In this document: in pieces, positions 18,137-26,512 of the stretch
How the letters are laid out: every line of letters begins with the position of its first letter
How positions within the stretch are numbered: position 1 is the first letter of the stretch
Sequence record: MG655269.1
Strand: one strand, 5' to 3'
Length of the DNA stretch: 64,000 bases
Position numbers and translations under genes: made by a program
The notes under the pieces: model-generated
What the model was told of the DNA's origin: nothing
The model's input: only the letters and a program-made list of their open reading frames with translations
Databases searched by the model: none

Positions 18137-18919
18137 ATGGCTATGACGTTCGAAAAAGAAGGGGACACGTTGCACATTGTGCGACTGAGAACCAAAGGCT
18201 GGTACCACATGACGGTAACCAGCGATCCTGATGCGAGTATGGATATCGTTAACACGAACTTACGTCAGGGCACTTTTACTGATCCACTTTTACAACACCA
18301 GTACGACATCTGTAAAAAAGAGATGGGGCAAGACCCCAATCCAAATGACATCGTTTTCCACCAGTTCGTGACCACGCCAGACCAGACCGGGTATCAGTCT
18401 GGCCACTGGATGATTCGTGATCACATTCGCCACGGCTATTCACTGAAGTGTTTGACTAACATCGGTGACTGGCTTTCGACCGCAGCCTATCTTTATATCC
18501 CAGACCCTGATGATAAAGAGGGTGGTGAGAGAAAATACAAAGTAACTGACTTAGGTAAGTATCTCGACAAGGAAGAGTTGTTGGGTCACTCCGACCACCT
18601 GCCGATGTATTTCTTGCCTGATGAGGAACCGGGTGACAGCTATGATGAGTTGATTGAAACCCATCGTCTTCCGCAACCTGACAAAGGTTACTCTTGTGTG
18701 GCCATCAAGAACGGTATGTCGTTTAGTTTGCTGACGTACAACAACTCCAAGCGGGTGCTTTCAGAAGAGGAAGAACTGCAAACCACAACCGTCCCAGTCA
18801 GGGCAGATGGTTTGCTGTACAGCTCCGTCTTAGAGTTGGCTATGGCTAAGAACGCCCCAGTCTGGTTTGTCTTGGAGATGCTAACCTCCGAAACCGACCC
18901 AAACTGGCATTTCGTCTAA
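18137..18919 (+). CDS. Degenerate GIY-YIG-like protein with C-terminal NUMOD1-like helix
   Basis: NLRQGTFTDPLLQHQYD resembles the L-x-x-G-x-H-x-N-x-x-LQ segment of phage GIY-YIG nucleases, but the catalytic motifs are altered; paralog of 13872..14588. Confidence 0.45.
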   Translation: MAMTFEKEGDTLHIVRLRTKGWYHMTVTSDPDASMDIVNTNLRQGTFTDPLLQHQYDICKKEMGQDPNPNDIVFHQFVTTPDQTGYQSGHWMIRDHIRHGYSLKCLTNIGDWLSTAAYLYIPDPDDKEGGERKYKVTDLGKYLDKEELLGHSDHLPMYFLPDEEPGDSYDELIETHRLPQPDKGYSCVAIKNGMSFSLLTYNNSKRVLSEEEELQTTTVPVRADGLLYSSVLELAMAKNAPVWFVLEMLTSETDPNWHFV

Positions 18920-19007
18920 CCGAGATTGGCTGTGGGGAATCCTATGCAATTGCAAAGTGTAGAGAGAACCACGGCCAATCGTAAGCTGTATCATAAGGAG
19001 AGAGATT

Positions 19008-20588
19008 GTGAGTGAAGCTAACCAGAACATCGTAGAAAGCTACGACGACCTGCCGAAGAACGCGCAGAAAGGTGATCGCTATACCGTGCGTGAAGACGCG
19101 ATCGTTTACGAACTCCAGGAAGATGGTTCTTGGAAAGACGTAGACATCAACGAACAGGTTGATCAGGAAAACGAAGAGCAGGCGCAGACCGAAGATGGTC
19201 AGCAGTCTGACACCGGCGCAACTGATCAACCTGCCTCTGATGAAGAGGGCGATGCTGATTCGTCTAAAACTGCAGCTACCGATGAAGAAGACCAGGTAGA
19301 TGACAACGGCGATGACAAGCAGACTCCGGCTGAAGAGAAGCAGGAAGAAGCAGCGCAGGCGGTTGATGAAACCCAACCACGTGATGACCCTTACGTACGA
19401 GGAGCGAACAGCGATGCCAATCCGGCACAACCTGAAGATGCGAATCAAACGCAAGATCAGACTGACGAAGCAGGACAAACTCCTGATTCTTCTGACGATA
19501 CCAACACGCAGCAGGAAAGCACTGATGGCGTTGCGACGCAGGATGCGAAAGAGCAGGCTAACATCCCGGAAGGGGTAGATCCTGAAGAAGCGCAACCTGA
19601 CAACCAACCGCTGGCAGTAGCGCCAGTTGAGCAACCCCCTGTCCAGCACGAAGCGGTCGCGGTTGATCCTAACGCTGACCAGCCATCACCTGAAGCGCGT
19701 CCAGACAGCAAGATCGAAGAAGCGGCTGAACTGAACGCACAGAAAGAAGATGCAGCTCGTGATGAGATCGCTGAAGCCGGTGCCGATGCGCAAGCTGCGA
19801 TCTCTGCTGAGCAGACTGACGCTGGCAAAGCCAAAGAAGACGCACAGGCTGAAGGCCAGTTGCCGAACGATGGTGCTGCTGATGATGTCGCCGCTGGTAA
19901 ACCACGTAATGACCAGACCTACACCGAAGATCAGAAAGCGGCGAACACGCCAGCTCCTGAAATCGTGCAGGCTCAGGAAAACCATACGTCAGAGCCTGAT
20001 CCGGTAGTCAGCCAGGAAGAGACCCATGTGCAGAACGCCACGGACCCTGACCAGCCGACTATCATCCCGCAGGAAGCGAAGTCTGAATCACTGGCGCATC
20101 AAGCTACCGATCCAACGCAGGAAACTGTGTTTGTTAAGCAGGATGAAAACCTGGACCCGGAAGTGCGCGTGCTGCAACAGCGCATTGAAGAGTACATCGG
20201 CAACATGGGTGTGAACGGTAAGCACGATCGCCGTGACGGTCCGAAGTATCAGGCTCGCCTGTACAAAGACCTGCACTCCATCATGGCGCTGGAGCCAGTG
20301 AAGTTCAAGCAAGTGATGGACTACCTGCTGAACCGTGTGTATGAAGAACGTGCCGGTGCTTTCTCTGACACCTATACGCGCCGTTACTTCGATCAGCTGT
20401 CACCGATGCACATGCAGACCGATCGCGTGCGTGAGTTTGACAACATCCTGTCGCTGGTAACCACTGTGGGTCATTCCAAAAACCGCAGTCGTGCCCTGCA
20501 GCAGGTTGATCTGCAACGCGCCCTGAAGAACATTCAGGATGCCGGTAAGCAGCAGCGTATGGCAGCGTACTTTGATGCTCTGCGCTAA
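19008..20588 (+). CDS. Protein with long acidic disordered linker and helical C-terminal domain
   Basis: AGGAG RBS, GTG start; about 330 aa of D/E/Q/A/P-rich sequence, then a folded-looking C-terminal region of about 150 aa. Confidence 0.75.
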   Translation: MSEANQNIVESYDDLPKNAQKGDRYTVREDAIVYELQEDGSWKDVDINEQVDQENEEQAQTEDGQQSDTGATDQPASDEEGDADSSKTAATDEEDQVDDNGDDKQTPAEEKQEEAAQAVDETQPRDDPYVRGANSDANPAQPEDANQTQDQTDEAGQTPDSSDDTNTQQESTDGVATQDAKEQANIPEGVDPEEAQPDNQPLAVAPVEQPPVQHEAVAVDPNADQPSPEARPDSKIEEAAELNAQKEDAARDEIAEAGADAQAAISAEQTDAGKAKEDAQAEGQLPNDGAADDVAAGKPRNDQTYTEDQKAANTPAPEIVQAQENHTSEPDPVVSQEETHVQNATDPDQPTIIPQEAKSESLAHQATDPTQETVFVKQDENLDPEVRVLQQRIEEYIGNMGVNGKHDRRDGPKYQARLYKDLHSIMALEPVKFKQVMDYLLNRVYEERAGAFSDTYTRRYFDQLSPMHMQTDRVREFDNILSLVTTVGHSKNRSRALQQVDLQRALKNIQDAGKQQRMAAYFDALR

Positions 20589-20603
20589 TTGATCATTTGA
20601 TCA

Positions 20604-20652
20604 GCATAAGGAGAGGCCTCGCGCCTCTCCTGTTTATGCCGCCTTTTTTTTT
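20604..20652. terminator. Bidirectional terminator
   Basis: GCATAA-GGAGAGGC-CTCGC-GCCTCTCC-TGTTTATGCC followed by a T run, between convergent genes. Confidence 0.8.
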
Positions 20653-21155
20653 TACACTAAAATGCCGTTAAAAGCCACCGGGTCATTACCCAGGAATGGG
20701 TTGTACCGAACCACGGACCCTAATGTGTAATCGTAATAAATGAAATCCAAGCATTGCGCACCCTGGTAGGTAGTCCATGACTTTGATAGATAACCATTGC
20801 GATCTAACGCAACGTAAGCTGGACGACTCGATAACGGGGTAAACTTCATCAACACTTGTGGCTGGTTGTTGAGGTTGTTTGTAAATACAGGCAGGGAAGG
20901 ATGAGCATGCCTTGCAATGGAGCACAACCAAGAGTCGTAGGTAAACCACTCTTTATACGGTGTGCCGTACATGTTGTTGGATGTGTTCAATGTAGTATTA
21001 ACATATTTACCGGCAGTAGCAGACATACTGGTACTTGCGTTCGCTACCTTTGTATATTTAGCGGTATTAGCTGTAAGCCACTCCTGGAATTGCGCATAGG
21101 TCATCTTAGTACCTATCTGTGGCTGTGACTTACTGCCCATTAACATCTCTAACAT
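20652..21155 (-). CDS. Putative virion structural protein (MLExLM family), tandem paralog
   Basis: Clear alignment with 21168..21677 (NM-x-GTPY, IARHA, RNGY, LDFIYYD, FNG-x-L). Confidence 0.65.
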   Translation of the reverse strand: MLEMLMGSKSQPQIGTKMTYAQFQEWLTANTAKYTKVANASTSMSATAGKYVNTTLNTSNNMYGTPYKEWFTYDSWLCSIARHAHPSLPVFTNNLNNQPQVLMKFTPLSSRPAYVALDRNGYLSKSWTTYQGAQCLDFIYYDYTLGSVVRYNPFLGNDPVAFNGILV

Positions 21156-21167
21156 GGTAACTCCTGA

Positions 21168-21677
21168 TTAGATCAACACCCCGTTAAACGGTACCGGTGT
21201 GCCGCCATTTAACGGAGTCCACCGCATCACAACACCCTGGGTATTGTCGTAGTAAATAAAGTCAAGCACAGTACGACCGTTAAATGATCCGTAAGACAAG
21301 CTGGTGTAACCGTTACGATTGAGGCCTGAATAGGCACTTTTGGTAACATAAGGTCCAAGCTTCATTAAACAAAACTGTTTATTCGCCAACATGTAATCAA
21401 ACATCGTTTGTGCCGGACACGCATGTCGTGCGATCCTTGCCCAAGTTGAATCGTGAGTACAGGAGTTTAAATAGGGGGTACCCCACATGTTACCGCCATC
21501 AGCCGTCATGGAGATCCTGGCATAGCCGTTCGTAAACGTGGTGGACGAAGGGGTGCCTGTATTCGACGCTGCACTGACCGCACTGTACTTAGTGGTATTG
21601 GTATTTAACCAAGTAACAAAATCCGCATAGCTCATCTTTACAGTTTTCTTGCCAGCGTACATTAATAACTCGAGCAT
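21168..21677 (-). CDS. Putative virion structural protein (MLExLM family), tandem paralog
   Basis: GAGGTGGAG RBS; paralog of the adjacent gene. Confidence 0.65.
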   Translation of the reverse strand: MLELLMYAGKKTVKMSYADFVTWLNTNTTKYSAVSAASNTGTPSSTTFTNGYARISMTADGGNMWGTPYLNSCTHDSTWARIARHACPAQTMFDYMLANKQFCLMKLGPYVTKSAYSGLNRNGYTSLSYGSFNGRTVLDFIYYDNTQGVVMRWTPLNGGTPVPFNGVLI

Positions 21678-21747
21678 AACTCCACCTCAAAATAAAATCC
21701 CGTTAGCAAGGGTTCTGGTTCTCTAATACATGACTTATAGGATTTAG

Positions 21748-21780
21748 CCGGCATAACGGAGCAGGCAACGCCTACTCCTG
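21748..21780 (-). terminator. Hairpin with TTATGCC tail on the minus strand
   Basis: Minus strand reads GGAGTAGGC-GTT-GCCTGCTCC-GTTATGCCGG. Confidence 0.7.
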
Positions 21781-21818
21781 AATCCTGGTGTGAATAACGG
21801 TTGGTCGATTGGGGTATT

Positions 21819-22796
21819 TTAACCCGCTGTAGTTTGATCTGGGTAACCTCGACCTGTCCCCCAGACAATACGAACAATACCATCAGCACCACTACCTAAC
21901 AAACTGGTGCCGTCACTCTTGTACTGACTTGCCCCGCCGCCGCCTGCGCCCCCACCTGGAATCGCGGTAGGTATCCCCGCCCCTGATCCTGGCATATCCT
22001 TGATACGTCCTGTCGATTTAATTCCCCCACCACCTCGACCAGTATAGATCTTGGTAGTGCCTTGGGTCGTCAGGGTAACATTCCCGCCATAACCCGCTCC
22101 CGTATCCGCAGGGTTAGTGGGGGTTGCACCATAAGCACATCCTGTGCCGCCATCGCCCATGTAACCGCCTGCACCGCCACCGCCGACCGCACGTGTCGTT
22201 AATGACCCGGTGCCACCCTTTCCACCTGTACCACCCCCAACAATAGGTTTGGTAGCAGGGTTCTGGATAGGGTTGTTCGCGATCCCGGCTAACACACCGC
22301 CGACGACATTTAACAGCCCGCCGACCAAACCGCCTACTAATCCCCCTACTATATCCACCAATACCAGATCCAGGAGATTACCGGAAAGTCCATTCGACTG
22401 CGGCATGACGGTAACTGCCGTGTTACCGGATGCGTCCTCCCCGCCACCCACTGCTTTTAACAGATAAGTGCCATTACGCGCTATCCCGGAGAAAGACCCT
22501 TTATTCGCCGTGAAGGCGGTTTTAACGGGTGTTGGCGTACCAATCCCACCTTGCCCTACCACAACCGTCATCTTCTCACCAGGAGTCACAGGGATCGCAT
22601 TACGATAACGTAACGTTCCGCCATTCCCGCCGGTGTGTACAAGGGTAGTGCTACTGGCTGATTGCCCACCCCCTACTGCGACGGCACTCATGCTCGTTGC
22701 CCCTTCTGGCACAATCAGTTCGTACACCCCCGCCTTTGTGAAGAGCGTCTCTAGGGGTAACTTAATGTGTGTCTTGTTTAACAATAACCCAATCAT
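21819..22796 (-). CDS. Glycine-rich virion/tail-associated protein
   Basis: Repeated GGGG/GGxGG motifs, AVGGGQ and C-terminal GADGIVRIVWG typical of phage glycine-rich domains. Confidence 0.7.
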   Translation of the reverse strand: MIGLLLNKTHIKLPLETLFTKAGVYELIVPEGATSMSAVAVGGGQSASSTTLVHTGGNGGTLRYRNAIPVTPGEKMTVVVGQGGIGTPTPVKTAFTANKGSFSGIARNGTYLLKAVGGGEDASGNTAVTVMPQSNGLSGNLLDLVLVDIVGGLVGGLVGGLLNVVGGVLAGIANNPIQNPATKPIVGGGTGGKGGTGSLTTRAVGGGGAGGYMGDGGTGCAYGATPTNPADTGAGYGGNVTLTTQGTTKIYTGRGGGGIKSTGRIKDMPGSGAGIPTAIPGGGAGGGGASQYKSDGTSLLGSGADGIVRIVWGTGRGYPDQTTAG

Positions 22797-22854
22797 GCAT
22801 CATCCTTCTAGAATGAGTACCTTGACGACCTACTCGCGTCATAGCATTCCAGCC

Positions 22855-22897
22855 GGCATAAGGGAGTGGATACCCTGACCGTAGCCAAGGTATCCAC
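22855..22897 (-). terminator. Long hairpin with TTATGCC tail after the DNA polymerase gene
   Basis: Minus strand GTGGATACCTTGGC-TACG-GTCAGGGTATCCAC followed by TCCCTTATGCC. Confidence 0.7.
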
Positions 22898-22905
22898 GTG
22901 GTGCG

Positions 22906-24627
22906 TCAAGCCGCAGCCATGAAATCGATCTCGATGTGTTTTTCTACCATAAAGTCTTTCAGTAACGTAATGGTCTCAGGTGCTTTGTACAACTTACGTG
23001 CAAGTTCACCGGCATTGTTCATACCGCCGGCTGCCAGGTTTACTGCCACCTGACGATATTCGGTATCATCCAATCCTTCGATCTGGGTCATCTCAATCCA
23101 GGTGGTTTGTTTCCCCACATTCATGATAACCGTACCGGTCGGGTATGCCCCTTCTACGTCGATGTCGTTCGTACCGGTGCGCACATAGGACTTGACATTC
23201 GGCAGTTCTTTAAACATCGCTTTGCCGTTTAAAGCAACCAGCTCTGTTGGGAGCATGACGATCCAGCCACCCAGCCCCTGAATGTGATCATCCAGTTCGG
23301 TACGCATCTGATCTGATGTGGTACCCCAGATATACCCTTCTTTCATCACATCGTAATGCATCGCCTCAGCGATACGTGTCGGCTGCGATATAAAGTTACG
23401 GTAGTCTGACACCCCGCAGAACGTTGGAACCGCTACAGAGAGATCTGAGGTCTTCTCGTCCATCATTTCAACCACGATGCAGTCGAAGATGTTATACATC
23501 ACATATTCGTACTTGTAGTTACTCTGCATGAACTCATGCCAGTCCGCCCCGTGGTACCCTTCAGCTTCACTGAACTTCATCTTGGTCACCCCGAGTACTT
23601 TCTCAGCGATGTTATCCAGTTTGTAGTTCAGCTCTTTACCGTTCATGGTGCGCAGGTAGTAATAGGCTGACATCGATTCAGCCCAACGGAACGACGCAGG
23701 GGCATTGACGTAAGGCCACTTCTCATAGTTAGCTAATGATGTCTTGGTGACTTCTTTGCCATCATTTTTTACTTTGTGGGTTTTGCCCTCGTAGTAATAA
23801 ACGTTACGGTACTCTTGCGGTACCGAGGGATCGCAAATAACGTCAGCAGGGTTGATGCCGGCATTAGTTAATGTTTGGGTAAGGACCTTGTAGTCGAACT
23901 CGAGTACGTTCCAACCAGTGATAAAATCAGGCATCCACTCATGGGCGCGTTCAAACAGTTTGACAAAGCCATCCGCCGCACTGTCAACCAACACGAACTC
24001 TGGGTTGGTGATGCTGCGTTTGGTTGCCCAGTCGCCCAGGTATTTATCCCAGGCCAGTTTCAGCTTCTGATGAATACGCTCATCCGCTTCCCCGCCAAAG
24101 TAGCGACGGATCACAAAGGTAAAGGTGCGTTCTTTAAAGGTTAAGGATGCCATGATCGGCTCACCCTTATACCGCTCGTCTACCATTTCGGTTTCGATAT
24201 CGAACACACTGATTTTGTACGGTGTAAAGGTATCAGGAAACTTCGCTTCATACATCGCTTTGACAATCGAAGAGGGTTCGATGTCAGCGCCATACACGTA
24301 CGGACTGCGACACACCCGACGCAACTGCTGATCAGTAGCGCCTTTTCCCAGCATCTTTGAGATGTGGTTAGGAAGATCCCACTGCGGGCAACTGAACTTC
24401 TGCAGCTTGGACAGCTCTTCGTAATCTTTCTTATCCTGGTGATTGCGGTACGCTGGTTTGGTGAGGTAGTAATCACGCTTCATGTCTTTGATGATGCGGG
24501 TGTGGGGTTTGCTGTTCCCGTTCTCGTCAATCACATTCTCTTTCACGAAGATGATGTCTGATTTGCCGCGCAGAGAAAGGGTATAGATCGCGTGCTTGCA
24601 TTCGAAACGAAGGTTATTGCTGCTCAT
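22906..24627 (-). CDS. Split family-B DNA polymerase subunit carrying the 3'-5' exonuclease and motif A (phiKZ gp82-like)
   Basis: ExoI FDIETE, ExoII GWNVLEFD, ExoIII YNIFDC and pol motif A DIDVEGAYP; the protein ends before motifs B and C. Confidence 0.88.
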   Translation of the reverse strand: MSSNNLRFECKHAIYTLSLRGKSDIIFVKENVIDENGNSKPHTRIIKDMKRDYYLTKPAYRNHQDKKDYEELSKLQKFSCPQWDLPNHISKMLGKGATDQQLRRVCRSPYVYGADIEPSSIVKAMYEAKFPDTFTPYKISVFDIETEMVDERYKGEPIMASLTFKERTFTFVIRRYFGGEADERIHQKLKLAWDKYLGDWATKRSITNPEFVLVDSAADGFVKLFERAHEWMPDFITGWNVLEFDYKVLTQTLTNAGINPADVICDPSVPQEYRNVYYYEGKTHKVKNDGKEVTKTSLANYEKWPYVNAPASFRWAESMSAYYYLRTMNGKELNYKLDNIAEKVLGVTKMKFSEAEGYHGADWHEFMQSNYKYEYVMYNIFDCIVVEMMDEKTSDLSVAVPTFCGVSDYRNFISQPTRIAEAMHYDVMKEGYIWGTTSDQMRTELDDHIQGLGGWIVMLPTELVALNGKAMFKELPNVKSYVRTGTNDIDVEGAYPTGTVIMNVGKQTTWIEMTQIEGLDDTEYRQVAVNLAAGGMNNAGELARKLYKAPETITLLKDFMVEKHIEIDFMAAA

Positions 24628-24727
24628 GATGAATGATAATCCTATGTCAAAACACTACAAAGTGCACCAGTGTTTAATACGCGTTATAACATCAGGCGTG
24701 CAACTACATTTATACAAAGGAGATCAC

Positions 24728-25990
24728 ATGATCCTATCTAGCGGTCTGGAAGCGATTAGCTTTCAAAAGAATCCGCTCTTTTACAAACAGCTGGTTGTCG
24801 AATTCGGCCGTCTGATGGAACTTGCTAAAGCCAACGGTAAGAAGCGCTTGACCGAAGAGATGATGGCGCAATCTAACCTGGCGAAGATCACCATGGCGAA
24901 CACCGGTATCAAAGTCTCGCCTGGGGTGGATACCCGCATGCAGTGTAATGCGTACGTTATGATCCCAAGTATCAACTCCTATCACGTCTTCAATGATCGC
25001 ATGCGTCAGATCTTCTCAGGGTATGCCGAATCGTTTGAGCAGTTTCGTAAAGCCAACGATGTGTTGATTGGGTTGGTTGATCTGCAGAACTCCAAAGTGG
25101 GCGGGGTCTTCTCGACTATTGATCACCGCATCTGTCTGTCGTACGACATGATGACCGACTACGACATGACTCCGGGTGAAGTCGCCGCCATCTACATGCA
25201 TGAAGTCGGCCATGCTTTTACCTTCCTGGAGATGCTGCATTATACCGCTACCACTAACCTGGTGCTGACGGCCGGCATTGAAGCGATCATCAAATCAGAA
25301 ACTTCTCGTAAGCATGTCATCTTAAGTGATATCGAAAACTCCTTAGGGATTAAGATCGATAATAAAGATGAACTGGTCGCTTACGACAAGTATGAAGATT
25401 ATGCTGTCACGATCCTGTCGAAGTACAACCGCACCCTAGCGGCAGCCCTGGGTTCACCGGCACACGATGAATCGATGTCTGAGCAGATGGCGGATATGTT
25501 TGCCACCCGACATGGCGCGGGATTGGATCTGGCGCGCGGATTGTCCCGTATTCACAAATATTACAATTCACCGAAGTTTAAGTTTGCCCGCTATCTGGAG
25601 ATCTTTGTTGGCATCCTGCAGACCATGGGTTTGTCCCTGGTGTTCGATGTGCTGGGAGTGATCGTTGTCCTGACTGTCGGTAACTTCTTTGGTGGGACGT
25701 ATGACCGGGCGAAAGACCGTTTCATCCGCATGCGTAATGAGATCGTGGTCGGCCTGAAAGATGAAGAGATCAGTGCAGCTGACCGCAAACTCTTGATCAG
25801 TCATATCGCCGAGCTGGACAAGATCATTGCCCAGGCCAAAAACGAAAGCTCCTTTGTCGAGCAGCTGTCCCTGGTGGTGCGCGCCAGCCAGCGTGAGCGT
25901 TATGCCAGCAAGTACCTGCAAAAGGATCTTGAAGCCCTTCTTAATAATCCGCTCTATGTCAGTGCGGCCAAACTGAAAACATTGCAATAA
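24728..25990 (+). CDS. Head/virion protein with zincin metalloprotease motif
   Basis: AAGGAG RBS before ATG 24728; leader ILSSGLE; MHEVGH (HExxH) plus downstream EQMADMFA; hydrophobic hairpin near the C-terminus. Confidence 0.7.
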   Translation: MILSSGLEAISFQKNPLFYKQLVVEFGRLMELAKANGKKRLTEEMMAQSNLAKITMANTGIKVSPGVDTRMQCNAYVMIPSINSYHVFNDRMRQIFSGYAESFEQFRKANDVLIGLVDLQNSKVGGVFSTIDHRICLSYDMMTDYDMTPGEVAAIYMHEVGHAFTFLEMLHYTATTNLVLTAGIEAIIKSETSRKHVILSDIENSLGIKIDNKDELVAYDKYEDYAVTILSKYNRTLAAALGSPAHDESMSEQMADMFATRHGAGLDLARGLSRIHKYYNSPKFKFARYLEIFVGILQTMGLSLVFDVLGVIVVLTVGNFFGGTYDRAKDRFIRMRNEIVVGLKDEEISAADRKLLISHIAELDKIIAQAKNESSFVEQLSLVVRASQRERYASKYLQKDLEALLNNPLYVSAAKLKTLQ

Positions 25991-26003
25991 GGATTCATCA
26001 GAA

Positions 26004-26510
26004 ATGATTATTGACGTAGCAGAATTAAAGAAACAGATCGTGTCGGTGCGTTCTATTGCAGAGATCCCAACTACCCTGCGTACTAAACTGATTGAAACCG
26101 GTCTGGCCCGTGCGGTAGCGTATGGTGTTGATCTGCCAAAAGAGCTGGTCGGTAACCCGGTCTCCTATTTCGCCAGCAACGCCACTGACGCTAAGCAGGC
26201 ACTGGCGGTGATCAACGAAACCAACGTGATCAACATCTCCCGTATCCTGTCACTCGCCACCATCATCTGGCAGGCACGCTACAACATGGTTTATCTGCCA
26301 GCCACTCGCGAGTCCATGGAGTTGACTCATCAGGTATTGTCCGATCAACGCGAATGGTTATTCGATGCAGAGCAGCAGGATTTCCTGTCGGCGACCATTG
26401 GCGACGGCACTGTGCAAGACAGCCTGAAGCTGGCTCTGTTAACCTTCACCTGCCCGGCTGTGATCAACCCTAACCAGGTAGCACCAGTCACCACCGCTGA
26501 CGAGGAGTAA
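26004..26510 (+). CDS. Putative head protein
   Basis: AAGGA RBS; co-operonic with head proteins. Confidence 0.6.
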   Translation: MIIDVAELKKQIVSVRSIAEIPTTLRTKLIETGLARAVAYGVDLPKELVGNPVSYFASNATDAKQALAVINETNVINISRILSLATIIWQARYNMVYLPATRESMELTHQVLSDQREWLFDAEQQDFLSATIGDGTVQDSLKLALLTFTCPAVINPNQVAPVTTADEE

Positions 26511-26512
26511 TC

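Noticed and set aside
18942-19649. 235-aa minus-strand ORF
   Set aside because: Antisense shadow of the acidic 19008..20588 gene; composition reflects the reverse of Asp/Glu/Gln codons and there is no RBS.
24596-24727. ORF-track N-terminal extension of the HExxH gene overlapping the polymerase start
   Set aside because: ATG 24728 has an AAGGAG RBS and gives the G-L-E leader; the extension covers the divergent promoter region.
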